DNA of 64,000 bases from Tubiluchus corallicola (lineage: Eukaryota; Animalia; Priapulida): positions 310,001 through 374,000 of the forward strand of contig JAQGDQ010000106.1 of NCBI GenBank assembly GCA_030141605.1, read 5' to 3'. Both the position numbers and the translations under genes were made by a program. The stretch's first letter is position 1; every line of letters starts with the position of its first letter. Under the pieces are notes generated by a model. It worked only from the letters and a program-made list of their open reading frames with translations, had not been told where the DNA came from and did not search any database. Below are positions 1 to 13,000 of the stretch, one piece after another.

Positions 1-1030
1 TGCTTGGCTACGTGATTCCATGCATCATTTCACAATCAGAATTTTTGCTGTTTAACTGTAGCAGAAACTGTAATACTACTGCGCAATATTGTCATTTTTG
101 TTATTTTGGAGAAACCGACAGACACCATGTATTAATAATGCGAAAAGGCATATTACTTTCAACACCATGTTTTGAAGGAACAGGAATTGGTTAACAGACT
201 TTCAAATTCTTAGATTCTACTTTTCACATGAGTACTTATACTATCTATATGGATCTACAAGGATCAGTAAATAATAAGTTGAGTTTGTGATAGCAGACTT
301 GCCAATTCTCACACATTAGGGGTTGTCACATGCACACTAAGTCTTTCACACGTGCATATGCACAAAATTTCAGTTCTCACACATTCCGCAACTTCACAGT
401 TTGCAAACCACATGGCTTTCCTTGCCATCAGTGCCAACCACCGCAACACAAATAGTAGTTATACACCCAATAATACAGGAGCTTCTCATAGTTCATGTCT
501 CACAACTGGTATTACAATTACTGAAAATTACGCACATTTTGGTGCATTGAGCTTTTCTCATGTGGACAGAGAAACACATATTTATATATAAAGCATGGTG
601 AATTGCAATGACAACACAAGAAAGCTCGAGCTGTAGTTACTCAAAAATTGCCTTAATTTTGATATCCAAAAAAGAAAAAATTCTGAGGCAATAGTATGCC
701 CCCTTAGAACCGCCAGGTGCGCCATGATCCCCGGGCTTTCTACGTTTCACACTCATGTTTACTTTAAGATGCGGAAGGTCTGTGATGCACAAGACCTACC
801 TACAAAAACTACAAATTCATCCAATATAATCCGGGTAAAAATCCACACACATCGACCCTTCTAAAATTAAAAGATCCTGAAATAATTTAACAGCTTTCAC
901 AAATATTAGTTTTGGACCAAAATTCTTCCAGGTATTACCATTTTCAGTGCGTGATCTCGAAAACACAACTAAAAACGAAATTTAACCAATACCGGCAACA
1001 TTGTATTGTATTCTTGTACAGTATATTTAC

Positions 1031-1260
1031 AATTCCGGTTCCGAGTTCCGGTTTTGTTGGAAATTCAGAAAGATCATCAAAATTAATTTATGTTTGGTAC
1101 ATTAATGAATCAGTCTTATTACACTCATTGCATGATAACAGGCACGAGTTATTTCAAAGTTTGCGAGCCAACAAACAATGTTCCTTAATTTTGAGCTATA
1201 TTAAATTTGTTTATTTTGGGTGACCTTACAATAATAAGGTGCACGCGTTCCGGTTTGCAT
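1031..1260. promoter_or_regulatory. Candidate housekeeping promoter with clustered TTCCGG ETS-type motifs, possibly the OGFOD1 start region
   Basis: ttccggttccgagttccggtt at ~1033-1053 and cacgcgttccggtt at ~1241-1256, in locally CpG-containing sequence upstream of the OGFOD1 first coding exon. Motif-only inference. Confidence 0.25.
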
Positions 1261-1379
1261 ACAGTAAATATACACGCTGTACATTAATTTTTGAATCCCC
1301 AGTGTCGAAATTATTATACTATTTATAGTATTATAAATTTCTTCTTGCTTCTGCTCTGCACTTCGTCCTGCAGTTATGC

Positions 1380-2540
1380 TTAGGATACTAGTGTTACATG
1401 CAGTTACACCTGTATTTTCTATTTCACCTGTTTTAGGCTTTGCAAAGATTTAATATTAACAAAGGGCAAAAATCTCTATCTTATCAATGTGCTTTGTTGT
1501 GGAACAGTCTATCTAATGAACTAAAAAATGGCACCTTTAGCTATTTAATAATTAACTATAAATCCTTTCTTATTTCTAATTATCATGAGTGATTTTTCTG
1601 CTAAGATCAAATCTAATAAATCTTCTCTGTTAGTTTTAAGGTATTCCCCTTGAACTAATCTATTATTGTATTAACTATAATTATAATATCATACTCATAG
1701 TACATTTTCTCATCAATTATTATTATTTCTTCGCAGCTGTGAAAAGGGAAGGTAAACAATAATCTACAAACAAATCCAGCAACTACAACACTTTTTTCTC
1801 ATACATAATTTTTTATAATTTTGCCTGCTCCACTTATGTTTTTACTTCCATATTATGCTTTTCTCACTTTATATATATTCACTTTATTATAATTATTTTG
1901 CTCATTGTTTCACAGTTATCATTAAGTTTTATTATATTTTTTGAGCCATATTGTCTATTTAGTCACATACTCATATTTCACTACATATTTTGTTTGCTCC
2001 ATTTTTCTGCACTAGTTCTTGCGTTCCATAGTATTTTATCATTACGCTTAACATAATTTGATTAACACGGTTGCATATCTTTGTTTCATTATATTTTGTT
2101 TGAGTTTATCATGCATATTTTGTTTCATTTGCCGATTTATTATTTATGTTATTTTACTTTGATTTTTCTCTAATTTGTTTTATGTTTTAATCGGTTAGTT
2201 AAATGCTTTACATATTTTGTTAATCATCATTTCATATTTTTCATTTTATTTCTTTGTTGCATAGCTTATTTAGTTATTTCGCTTTCATGTTTAATGTATT
2301 CCCCCATAAATTCATGTTAACAGCAGCACTACAAATTTGTTACAATTTACACTAACCTGAGAAAGGTAGCTGACTCGATGACCAATTGGTCTTTCGCTAC
2401 CCTTTCTCCTGCACCCCCCTAACTCTTTCCTTTATGCTTAATTTATCCTTTTTAATCAATAACTATAAAAGAAATAATATTCAATTTGTATACTGGTGTA
2501 AATGAGGAGATAAATAAAAATGTCTATGTCTATGTCTATA
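1380..2540 (+). mobile_element. 5'-truncated L2/CR1-group (Crack/Daphne-like) LINE 3' end
   Basis: Residual ORF2 C-terminus GQKSLSYQCALLWNSLSNELK at ~1465-1530, then a long T-rich 3' UTR. A terminal stem (aaaggtagc ... gctacccttt, 2362-2405) is followed by ggaga-taaataaa and a (TGTCTA)3 tail at 2521-2538. Confidence 0.6.
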
Positions 2541-2898
2541 TGCAAGCAAGCAAGTTTAAATGTGTCTAACCACTTTGCCTATAATAATTATGTTAATTAG
2601 GCTAAAGTGTTAAAAATTAAAAACAGCTTGTAAAATTTTACATATAATCGATTGCGCGGTATATTTTTCCAAAATTTGCATTTCTCTGGTTTGTGGGAAG
2701 TTAATGTTCTGAAATGCTGTAAATACAGTACTATAGGCATTAAATAAATTATTAAAAATAAGGAACTCTATTTTTATCTTTATTAAAACTAGACCACTCA
2801 CTAAATTTTATTGTGCTTTGTGATAGCTTCTTAACAAAGCAAAACGTAATATTACCGTCATTCGATTTCTTGATTTTTATAAGCATTTTCACACTGAT

Positions 2899-3826
2899 TG
2901 TTGGGCGCGGAGTAACCCACTAGCCAAAGTAGGACAACTGGCGTACATGGGCTAGCCCAAGTAGGACACGTCGTACATGGGCTAGCCCAAGTAGGACATG
3001 TCGCACATGGGTTGCCCAAGTGGGACACTAGAGACAGGTCACGAATTGAGTCGTTAAGCATACTAGCACCGTCCGTTGTCCTTGTTTATGTAATAATAAT
3101 AATTTAAAACGTCAATACACGTTCAATAATTTATTATATTCTAAATTTTATCCTGAGCTGGTAGAACGTACATTATTAAATTTGGTTTCGATATTAATGT
3201 TGTTGAAGTGAAATAAACCCAGTTTTTAAGGTACATCATTTTTTTATTTTGTGTCTGTTTCACTACCTCTTGGACAAATAATTGTTTTCTCCTAAGTAAA
3301 CGTTCTAGTGATCTATGTGCCTTACATGGGCTAGCGAGCCATGTAGGACAATGCCCTACATGGGCTACCGAGCCATATAGGACAGTGTCCTACATGTTAC
3401 AATACTATTGGTATTATTAAAACTAATTGTCTTTGCTTTTCTTAAATGTTAAAAATTACTTTTTCGTATTGTGAAGGCTTAGCAGTATCTGTCTCATTTT
3501 TAAACTTACAATTATTTCTGTAATAACTGTGTGCATAGTTTCTCTTTTTAAAGCATTAGATACTGAGTTTAATGTTATGATGATATTAATGGAGCTAATA
3601 ATAATGATTATATTATTATAAAAAATACATTTGTAAATTGCCAAGGACTATCCATCATTAATATAAAGTTACTTTTTTCTTTGATTTGACAAAATTATCG
3701 ACTCTCGACAAAAATCGCTAGTGTCCTACTTGGGCTGCCTATATACGACACTGTTTTTCTGCAAATTTGGCATGTGTTTTATCGGGAGTGTCCTACTTCG
3801 GCTAGTGGGTTACTCGGCGCCCTACG
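2899..3826. mobile_element. Non-autonomous TIR DNA transposon, family A copy 1 (Ginger2/TDD-like termini)
   Basis: ~40-bp TIRs tgttgggcgcggagtaacccactagccaaagtaggaca / tgtcctacttcggctagtgggttactcggcgccctacg. 5-bp TSD CTGAT at 2894-2898 and 3827-3831. Subterminal ~28-bp tandem units gtacatgggctagcccaagtaggaca. Homologous along its length to 16642-18052 in the opposite orientation. Confidence 0.85.
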
Positions 3827-4069
3827 CTGATCTTGTGTTTTTGATGAAAAGAAATTTAATTGTTATTTTTACTTTGTTAGACGAGTTTGAATTAAAAGAC
3901 ATTCATAAAATTATTATTTCTTTACAAGTGTGCTTAACTTGCCTCTGCGCCATTGTCACATCTTGAGAGTGGCTTTGAGAGAGTTGATGCTGAAACAAAA
4001 TGAGATATCAGTTATAAAATAGTAAATTAATTGACAATTATGCTTTGTTACAGTGAATGCAAAGACAGC

Positions 4070-7000
4070 ATGTCTCACAAAAGAAAAATCAATGAAACTA
4101 CATGTGGGAAGAAGCTGACAAAATCCAATGAAAGCATGTACAGGGCATCTATGAATTCAGCATACAGAGATTCAAACTGTCAAGTTACATTGCGAAAAGC
4201 TTTTGCTAACAAAGACTCTGTTGTTTATGGTATAGTATACATTACTAATAAATTATTGTTAAAAATATCGTAAGCATATTAAATATATTTAGGTGTAGTC
4301 AACTTTGCTATTCGGAGTTATGTAAATTGTGAAATACATTATGTGAACATGTATGCAGTATTGTTCATAGGAGCCCTACAGGAGGTGATATGAGGTGACA
4401 GGATATCAGGTCCATATTAATCAGGTCTATATTAAAAATAGCACTTTCCTGTAAATTAGGCTGGCCCCTTGTGCGGCTCAAGAGATAACTTACAAAAATT
4501 TAGAAATTATTTTGCATAAATAAATGCAGAATAAAGCTCATGTATTCATAAAAGTACCTGTCATGTATTTCAAATTCCTCGTGGAGTTAAGTAAAGCTGA
4601 ATTTTTCTACTTTTGAAGCTATGCTTCAGCTTTTTCTTAACTTTGCTTCTGTGGTTTAGGAATTGTTCTTGTTTCATCAAAACATTCAGCCATTTTTGTT
4701 CATTGTTCATGTTTCAGCCATAATTCATCCTCTTTTTGTAAGTGCTTGGTAACTATATATTCCTTTATCTTACACATAACAGTGCATAACTGAATGTTTC
4801 TTATTAATACACTTACGTGTACTGCCACGAAAAAACTGTTCTTGTATAAAATGTGTTTCTTAAGAAAAATTGAATATATTGTAACAAAGTTTTGCTGTGT
4901 TTCAGAATCTAGTGCAGTTTTATATGCAGATCCGTTTCCTTGCTGCTTACTACCTAACATTATAGAAAGTGATCATTTCATAGAACAGCTAAAAGAGGAA
5001 CTAAACCAACTAGATTTCATAGCTAAAAATAATGATTTGTACAAATTTCAACAGGTAAGCCAGGCGTAATGATAATGATGTACATGAGAGTTTCTTTTCT
5101 ATTTTTAAGAGGCTATTATATGATTTAGTATATTTCAAGATTATTTATTTACCAGATTTTTAGTCATTTAGTGGCTTGTTGATTACTTTTTTACTAGTTG
5201 ATTAGCAGGCAATTTCTGGCTTGTTAAGTATTACAGCTGTTTTTATTTTTCAGACTGCAGACTTAAAGAATTGTAATGCTCCATGTATTAAAGAACTTAG
5301 GTAGGTAGCAGTGTAATATTTATAGCAAATTGACATTTGTTTTCACAGTCTCATCGATAACAAATGTAAATCTATGAAGCAGGTCACATAAATCTAAATC
5401 GTACATGTTGATTCTTTGCTTGTTTGTTTACTTATTATTTTTATTGATTTTAATACATTCAATACAATAACTTAAAACATTTGTAGAGGCTGAAGCTGAG
5501 TCATTTGCTACTACATCAGCTGACTCTCACAGCAAATCAGCTAGTTCGGCTGAAGTTGAGAGACTTTTCAGCTGAGTTGGTTTAAAGAAAAAATCAGCTA
5601 AGTCAGCTAAAGCTGCAAATTTTTTTAACTAAATAAATGATAAGTTGTTAGTTAACTGTTAATTGTGGAGACAAATTTTTTAAATAATTTGTGTTGCTTA
5701 TACACAGAGAAAAGTTGATGTACAAATTCAAATAATGCAATTAGTGATCAATTTTTTATTGTTATTAAAAAGCAATGGATTTGTTGCAAATATAATTTAA
5801 ATCCAGCTCTTGGCGAGCTTTGTCTTGTTAACCAACGAATCAGTTCCAAAACACCAAAATGATACCACATGTGTGACTTACGTTGCCTATTGTGTATTTA
5901 ATTTTGAATTGACCAGCTTTCTCGTTCAAAAATTTCCGAAGTTTAGTATCTCCATCTGCCAGCACATGTACAATATGACCATGAATCCACGATGCGTTTG
6001 CGATATTTCAACCAGTGATTTGCAGTGTCACATGATTATCGCAAGAGCAAAAAACTTTACAGCCGACAAAAATGCCGGCTAGCTTGACTCCTACACCTAC
6101 CACTGAACGGCTGGCGCAACTAAAGCTGGGTTTCTTATCGGCTAGGCCAACTATAGAAATAAACCGGCTGGTGCTCAACTGAAACGAATCGGCTCCGGGC
6201 TCTTCTTATTTGTCATTCCTGTAAATAGATCTAACACACTGACTAGTATAGTTCCTAAGTTATTTTTTGTCTTAGTCTACAATGTTTGACCATCACAGAA
6301 TTTCTCTAGTTAAAAAAGTTACCGATGGCCTTAATGTTGGCAACAGTATTATTCGTTGGAAAAATGTGAAATGAAACATGAAGATATCCTAGTCAAGTTA
6401 AGTGCCAATAAGTGTACAATAAACTTATGTAGCTAGCCTTATATTGATGATAATTAATGCTACTGTCACTTTATTTTACATCAATCTTAGGAACTTACTG
6501 TACAATGATATTCGAACCTGGCTAACTGAAGTAACTGGTATCCCCTTAACTGATGTAGTGGACATGAACGGATCTAGATACGAATACACGGGTATTAATA
6601 AACATTATTACTAATAAAAGAGGCATTCTCTAGACATTAGTGTTCAGAATGTAGACCACCTTATTTAAACAATGACAGTCGTAAATGAGAAATGCTACTG
6701 ACAAAACAACAGAAAAGTAGCAAAAAAATCATGCATTCTAATGGCATTAATTGCTGTAAGTGACGCCTAAGCATTACTATTTATAGAAACATTTTCCAAA
6801 AAATCCATCCTGTTTTGAATTAAGTTAGTTTTAGTAATAATAGTAATAAAATAACACTAGTTTACTTAAGCATTGTGAACATTTGCGTCCTCTTTAATCG
6901 TCGATCTTTAATTTGCAGCCCTCAGACAGCTTTCAGCATTAATCGGACTGCAAATTAAAGACCCATTTATTCACATGGCCTAGAAAACTAGTGTTATTGT

Positions 7001-10000
7001 TACATTGTCATTATTACTGATAAATTTAGCAGATTGTTTAGTATGGTACAATATAAAACTATAGAGCTTTGTAAAATTAAATATCAAAAACTATTCGTTA
7101 ATATAAATAAACGTTAACATATTGTGAATGTAGTGCAAATGCATAATTTTAAAATGGTAACATTGCAATTGTTAATAATAACAGTTTACAATTATTACTC
7201 TTAAACAATTTACCTAAAAGTATTATCTAAAAAAATTTTAATGTTACCTATTTTTAACTTAGTTGTTATGTCAGTTGGAATGTTTTTTAAGATAAACGAT
7301 AATTTACATTTGAGAATATAATACGTCATTTCTGTCTTTACAGAGAAACATATTGTGGCTTATCGTTAATCTAGTTTGTAATTTGGTTGCAAATTGCTTA
7401 CTAGTCTTAGTCGACTTGATATTAGTAACAGTTGTTTTTCGTGGTAATTTTTCATGTCCATGTAAACCAAATATATTGGCAGCCTGACTTAAACCTGTAT
7501 CTTCAGATTTATTATTATGTCATGACGATGAATTAGAAGGCAGGAGGATAGCTTACATACTGTATCTAGTACCGCCATGGATGAGTGAAGATGGAGGGAC
7601 ACTTGATCTATTCAATGTTGATGGTAAGCATTTGCTTATTGTGATAGAACTGCCATTGTTTGTGTACATGTGTGTGGTGTAATAGTGTAAAGCATATTAA
7701 ATTTCGTACACAGTTAGATTTTATATATTTTGGATGTATGAAATTCTTTCTATTTACATAAAATTTCTTTATGTTTCACTACAGCAGCATCTTCAGTCGT
7801 TCATTTTTTAACGTTAATTCACTTTTTACAAGCCATTCAGTGACTTTAACAAAACCTTTATGTAATTGGTAAATGGTTTGTGACATAAGTTTCAGACCAG
7901 GACTATAATACCCTCTTGAATGAATTTACAAAACAAACTTTTACAAGTTGTTTTTCCAGTGGAGACCCATCAATTTACTAACTATGCTAGCATGCTGTTA
8001 CTGTGTTACTTATTTATCATGATGAAGCACACACTAAATATTACCTTGTAGCTATTCCCTTCACCCCAATAGCTAAATGGGTTTAGGCCGTACGGCATCA
8101 AATAGGAATAAGAACGTAAAATGAGTTGTTTTACAGAAGTTATAGAAAGTTGCCTTTTTATTTATTGAAGCAGAGACTATTTCAATATATTATATTAAAA
8201 CATTTGCCAGACAGCTTTGGCATAAGCAGTATGGTAGTGGTATCTGTTGTTCAGTGCGTGATGCATAAATTGTAAGCTCAGCATAGTACGTACTGCGTGC
8301 ACGCATATTATTGTTTATGACAGAATTTCGTTGTTCTGAATGATGGGAGTTGTTGGTTTCTTATTCGTTGGATATTAGGCACATGAAATTCTTCTGGCCT
8401 TTAGTTTCAGGCAACATGTGTCAAGGTTTAAGAAAACTAAATACATATTTTACATTTATCATATTTCTTCATTTTCTATTATGTAACTAAATTTCTTGAC
8501 AGAGCGAAGACAGCCGAGTGAGATAGTCAAACGGTTGGTACCCTGCAACAACACACTAGCATTTTTTGAAGTCAGTCCTGTATCATTTCATCAGGTAAAA
8601 TTTTATATGGCTCTATCTGTTTAACAAAGTTTTTAGATTCAGTGCATTAAGAATGTTGTTAGACCTTTTCAAAGAGGTATTACTGAAACCAGATTAAACT
8701 TTGAAGTTGTCATAGTTTTGCACCCTTGCATGTTTTTATATAATATTCCTAACTTTTGTTTTGAGCATTGAAGGTAAGTCACCTATCCATTTATTGACCT
8801 GCTTTGGCTTTGCTTAACTTTTTTCACATAGCACAACGAATAATCACTCACCCATTCAACTATCATTACTTTGATTGTACTTGCAACAGTCTTAATCAAA
8901 GTTATATGGTATCAAACACAGTGTGTGATGAGGTTGCACGCCAAAAAATTTTTAGTGGGTCTATACCACATAGACAAGTGGAATTTGCACTAGCATTTGC
9001 AATTCATATTAACAGATTTCTAGATAAAATTAGTGGTGAATTTAGTAGCCTCCTTGTTTATGATTAATGGTAAGACTGCTTCAAATTAAGATCCATTTGT
9101 TTTTATGTGAGAGGCAGATGTTTTGTGTGCTAATAGAAAGTTAACATAAGATGCAGTAGTGTGCAGCAGCACAAATATCCCTTGGCACAGTTAATCTACA
9201 GATGGTTAATCAAGATAAGACTGTAAATTTTTGAATAATACATTTATAGTAAGCTTCTGACCTAAAGCTAGTTTGGGTGTGCCCAAGCATGTATGATGAA
9301 TACAACTAGTATGCTTGATAAAATTTTGATCAGCTGTACTGTATATTGTTAAAAAAAATTTGCACACATGATATATAATTTAAAAGAATATATAATGATA
9401 ATGCTTCTTTTTAGGTAGCAGAAGTTGTATCATTGGATAAAACTAGATTATCTGTAAATGGCTGGTTTCATGGTCCACCATTAAAACGAAGTGAGCCATA
9501 TACTGAATCTGTAGTACCTCTTCAGAAATACATTGCCGTAGAAGTAAGGAGTCACTAAAGCATTTTAATTTATATCTCTGCTCTCTTGAATAGCTTTTCC
9601 ACTTTTGGTATGTATTTGTAACCTTCTTGTTGTGCCTAAACTAAACGCTGTGTCTACACATTTTAATAATTCCAGTGGTTGTGCTGGGCATGTTAGTTTA
9701 AGATTGATTTTTGGTTGATTTAGTCAAAAACAGAGCATGTGACACTTTACTATTGCGTTCTTAAAATTAACTCTTTTTAATTCCCTTTAGCTCAAGATGT
9801 CTTAGCATGGTTCTTTATTGTTAATTTGGATTTAATATTTACATAATATATACTCATCATGGTATTTTAGCAGAAAGCAAAATTAGATTTAATATTGATT
9901 AAGCAGTTCATAATTTACCAAATGTAGAATGTTATTAAATACTATGTGAATTCTAATGCTGTTTTAGTATCAAGTTCAGTATTTAGTATTTAGTATCGAG

Positions 10001-13000
10001 TTATGCAGAAGTCCAAATTTTTTAAGGTACAAAATACTAAAGTATTCATGAAATACATATTGCACAGCATGCATTCTTTAGCACAGTGTGATATGATATA
10101 GTTTTACCGTAAGTGTATAAAAGTATGTTATACACATCTCTATATATTTTGTATTTTAGGATGATTTAATCTTTGAATGGGTTAATCCTCAATATCTCGA
10201 CTTGGAAATCCAATTGCAAATTAGAGAGACATTTACGGCTGACTCTGAGATTGAGCTGCAGCACTTTCTACGTGTAAGTTTAAGTCTGTGTAATCAGACA
10301 TGCCTACCAATTGATGTAAAAATGAGTGTGAAATGTAGAAGGCACGAGGATCATTTCACCGCTGCTAGGGGTCCATGTGGCAAATTAGTGTCAACGAAAC
10401 CTTGCATTTTTGGATGTCAAGGTCAAAATATCAAAAAATAGACAAAATATTAAAAAATTAAGGCACATTTTGTGTACTACTGATCTTGTGTGTGCATGCG
10501 TGTGAAGGTGTGTGTGTGTGTGCGTGTGCATGCATGTGAGTGTGTGCGCATGCATGTTTGTGTGTTCTTATGTATACATGAAAAGCTCAGTAGCACCCGA
10601 AAACACTCAATTTTCAATTTAATAATCTTTAGTATAAAAGGCGTATGAATGCCCTAATGTATTATTGAGAGTAACATTACTACAGTAGTTGTGTCACTGT
10701 TGATGCTAATGGCAAAGGAAGCCAGCTGATTTTGCAAACTTGCATGGGAAGTTGTGGACTGTGTGTGAACTGAGTCTTGCGAGCATACAAAAGAACTGAA
10801 ATGTGTGTGCGTGCATTTGAAACACTTAAAATTACACTCCTAATGCAAGAGAGTTGGCAAGTCTATTTAACTTGGATGGAAAAAATAGAATTGCAATTTG
10901 GCAAATCATACGTCATAATGTTATTGGAAGAATTTTTAGTATCTGGCATTTTACTAGTTTCAAGAAAGTTTTACACAGTTTCACGCCAGTTAGATAATAC
11001 ACGTAATAATATATCATACATGTCATATTATTTTTTATCTGTTTTTACAGCGTACAAACCATGTAATGATAATCACTTTATTTTCTTCTTGACATTAACA
11101 ATTTAGCAACATTTGGAAAAAAACAAATTTTGTATTACAAATTTATTAGCAACAATTAAAGGAAAAAAATTGCTGAAGAACGAAATGAAATTTTTCAGTT
11201 TTTAAAGTGACTTAGTTTGCAGAGATAGTTGCAATTTTTGCTTATTTTAAAACCGTTATTATACTGAGAGCTATCAGTGTTTTTTTGCAAACTTGCATTT
11301 TAGGAAGAAAAGTACCTACAGTTGACCGAGTCATTAAGTAATACTGGTATATCATGGAAGAAAACTGGACCACCTAATAAGAGGTAAGCAAAATGAAACT
11401 GCGTCAGTGTCTATTTCGCGTGAAAGGCAGAATCACATTATGTTTTGCTATCTTCACAATAGGTTGAAATTTTTTAATATTCTTAGCAGCTTGGCTTTCT
11501 GGCATTCTGTAAGACACACAAGTTGAATTTTTGTGCAGCAAATAGAAGTATGACCAAGTTTCATTTGCATTGTCTTATCGAGCTGATTTACTCTGTATGA
11601 CTGGAAGCAGCAAACTACTGATGGAATTTGCTCCTGAGTTGGAATTAGTCTGCCAAAGCACTGTCGCATTTTTTTCTTTGCAGATCATTCTCAGACTCAG
11701 TCAAGCAACGCAATGAATTTTACAGCTGTAGCATAATAGTTTCTGGAGTTTTTAAAGAGTCTCACGGGAAGTTGAGCTTATTTTCATACTTGAGAAAAAT
11801 GTTAGAAAATGTCAGCAGTAAAATTGATTTGCACTTCATGTAATTAGTAAAATCAATTTAAGGATGCGATCATTTCAAGCTTGGGTACGCTCATTTTGAA
11901 CGAAAAATGGCATCACACAGTTACTGTGCAATGTAAACACTTTTCTCGCCAGGTGCTTGAGCTTAAGCAAGGCCTTTTTACACACGTGTAATATGTGGTC
12001 ATTTCAGCATTTTTAAATATTTATTAAAATGCAATGAATGTTGTTCTAGGGTTGATTTTCCTTTAATATTTTTTAACCTGTGAAGGAGAAAATAAAGGCA
12101 GTGTCACTTTTTCAGTTGAGAAAATCGCATTGACAATTCTGCATATATATCCCACTCTGCAAAACATTTTTGGGAAAATCCACTTATGGCTTTTTACAGA
12201 CTTGGTGTTATCTTGGCGTCATTATTCATGCTTAAAAACCATATGTATATTCTATTAATGTCATAACACTTACCATTTGGTTAAAACAGTTAGCTCATTA
12301 CAAATAGTTGTTTCCACCGTTAAGGGGGTTGATAAATATGGTGCAAGTGGTACTAAATATTTGTGTTATGAGTCAGGTCAAAGACATAATGCAAAAGACG
12401 TGCCCACCAAATGAGAATGTAATTCATTGCTCAAATAATGATCACAGTTTATATAGCAGAATCCTTTTCCATTCATCTGGTAGTGATGCAATGTAGATTG
12501 AAGAAATTTTGCACAATGGGCCTCACGGTTTTATCAGTATCATAACAGCCATCAAAGTAAAAAAGAACTTTTCAAATGAAGTTAATAATAAGTTTTTGAA
12601 AACGTTATCATTTTCTTTATATAGTTTGGTACACTACTAACCAGGCTCAGTGCTGCTTAACTATTGTAAACTATTATCACTCAATTATAAACAACTACAA
12701 GTAATTAAACCTTTTTAAGATCAAAGATTTTATTTATTCTGATAGTATTGATCTCAGCAAACAGTTGTTTGCCCAAAAAGAGAATTAAATGACTCATACC
12801 TTTTGAAAAATGAGCTAGTTACTTGTACAGCCACAACCATGGATTTTGATTTGCAATTTAACAAGCTGAAAAAATAGTTTCTTTGAATCACTGTTATTTT
12901 TGTAATGCAACTATATCTTGTGTTATAGTTTATTAAAATTTATTTATAAGATTTTCAACTAATCATTATGCCCAATTAATGAGTAACAACTAAGATCATT

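Noticed and set aside
294-782. hAT-like MITE (cagacttgcca ... ggaaggtctg)
   Set aside because: TIR match is weak and no convincing 8-bp TSD is present. Probably a decayed element, but not supportable.
2925-3030. CRISPR-like or coding repeat (CPTWASP peptide repeats)
   Set aside because: Head-to-tail ~28-bp subterminal repeats of a transposon with no unique spacers, no cas genes and a eukaryotic context.
4040-4070. Iron-responsive element (CAGTGA loop) just before the OGFOD1 ATG
   Set aside because: No bulged C six nt upstream and the upper stem does not pair. The CAG is the probable intron acceptor, so the hairpin would not exist in mRNA.
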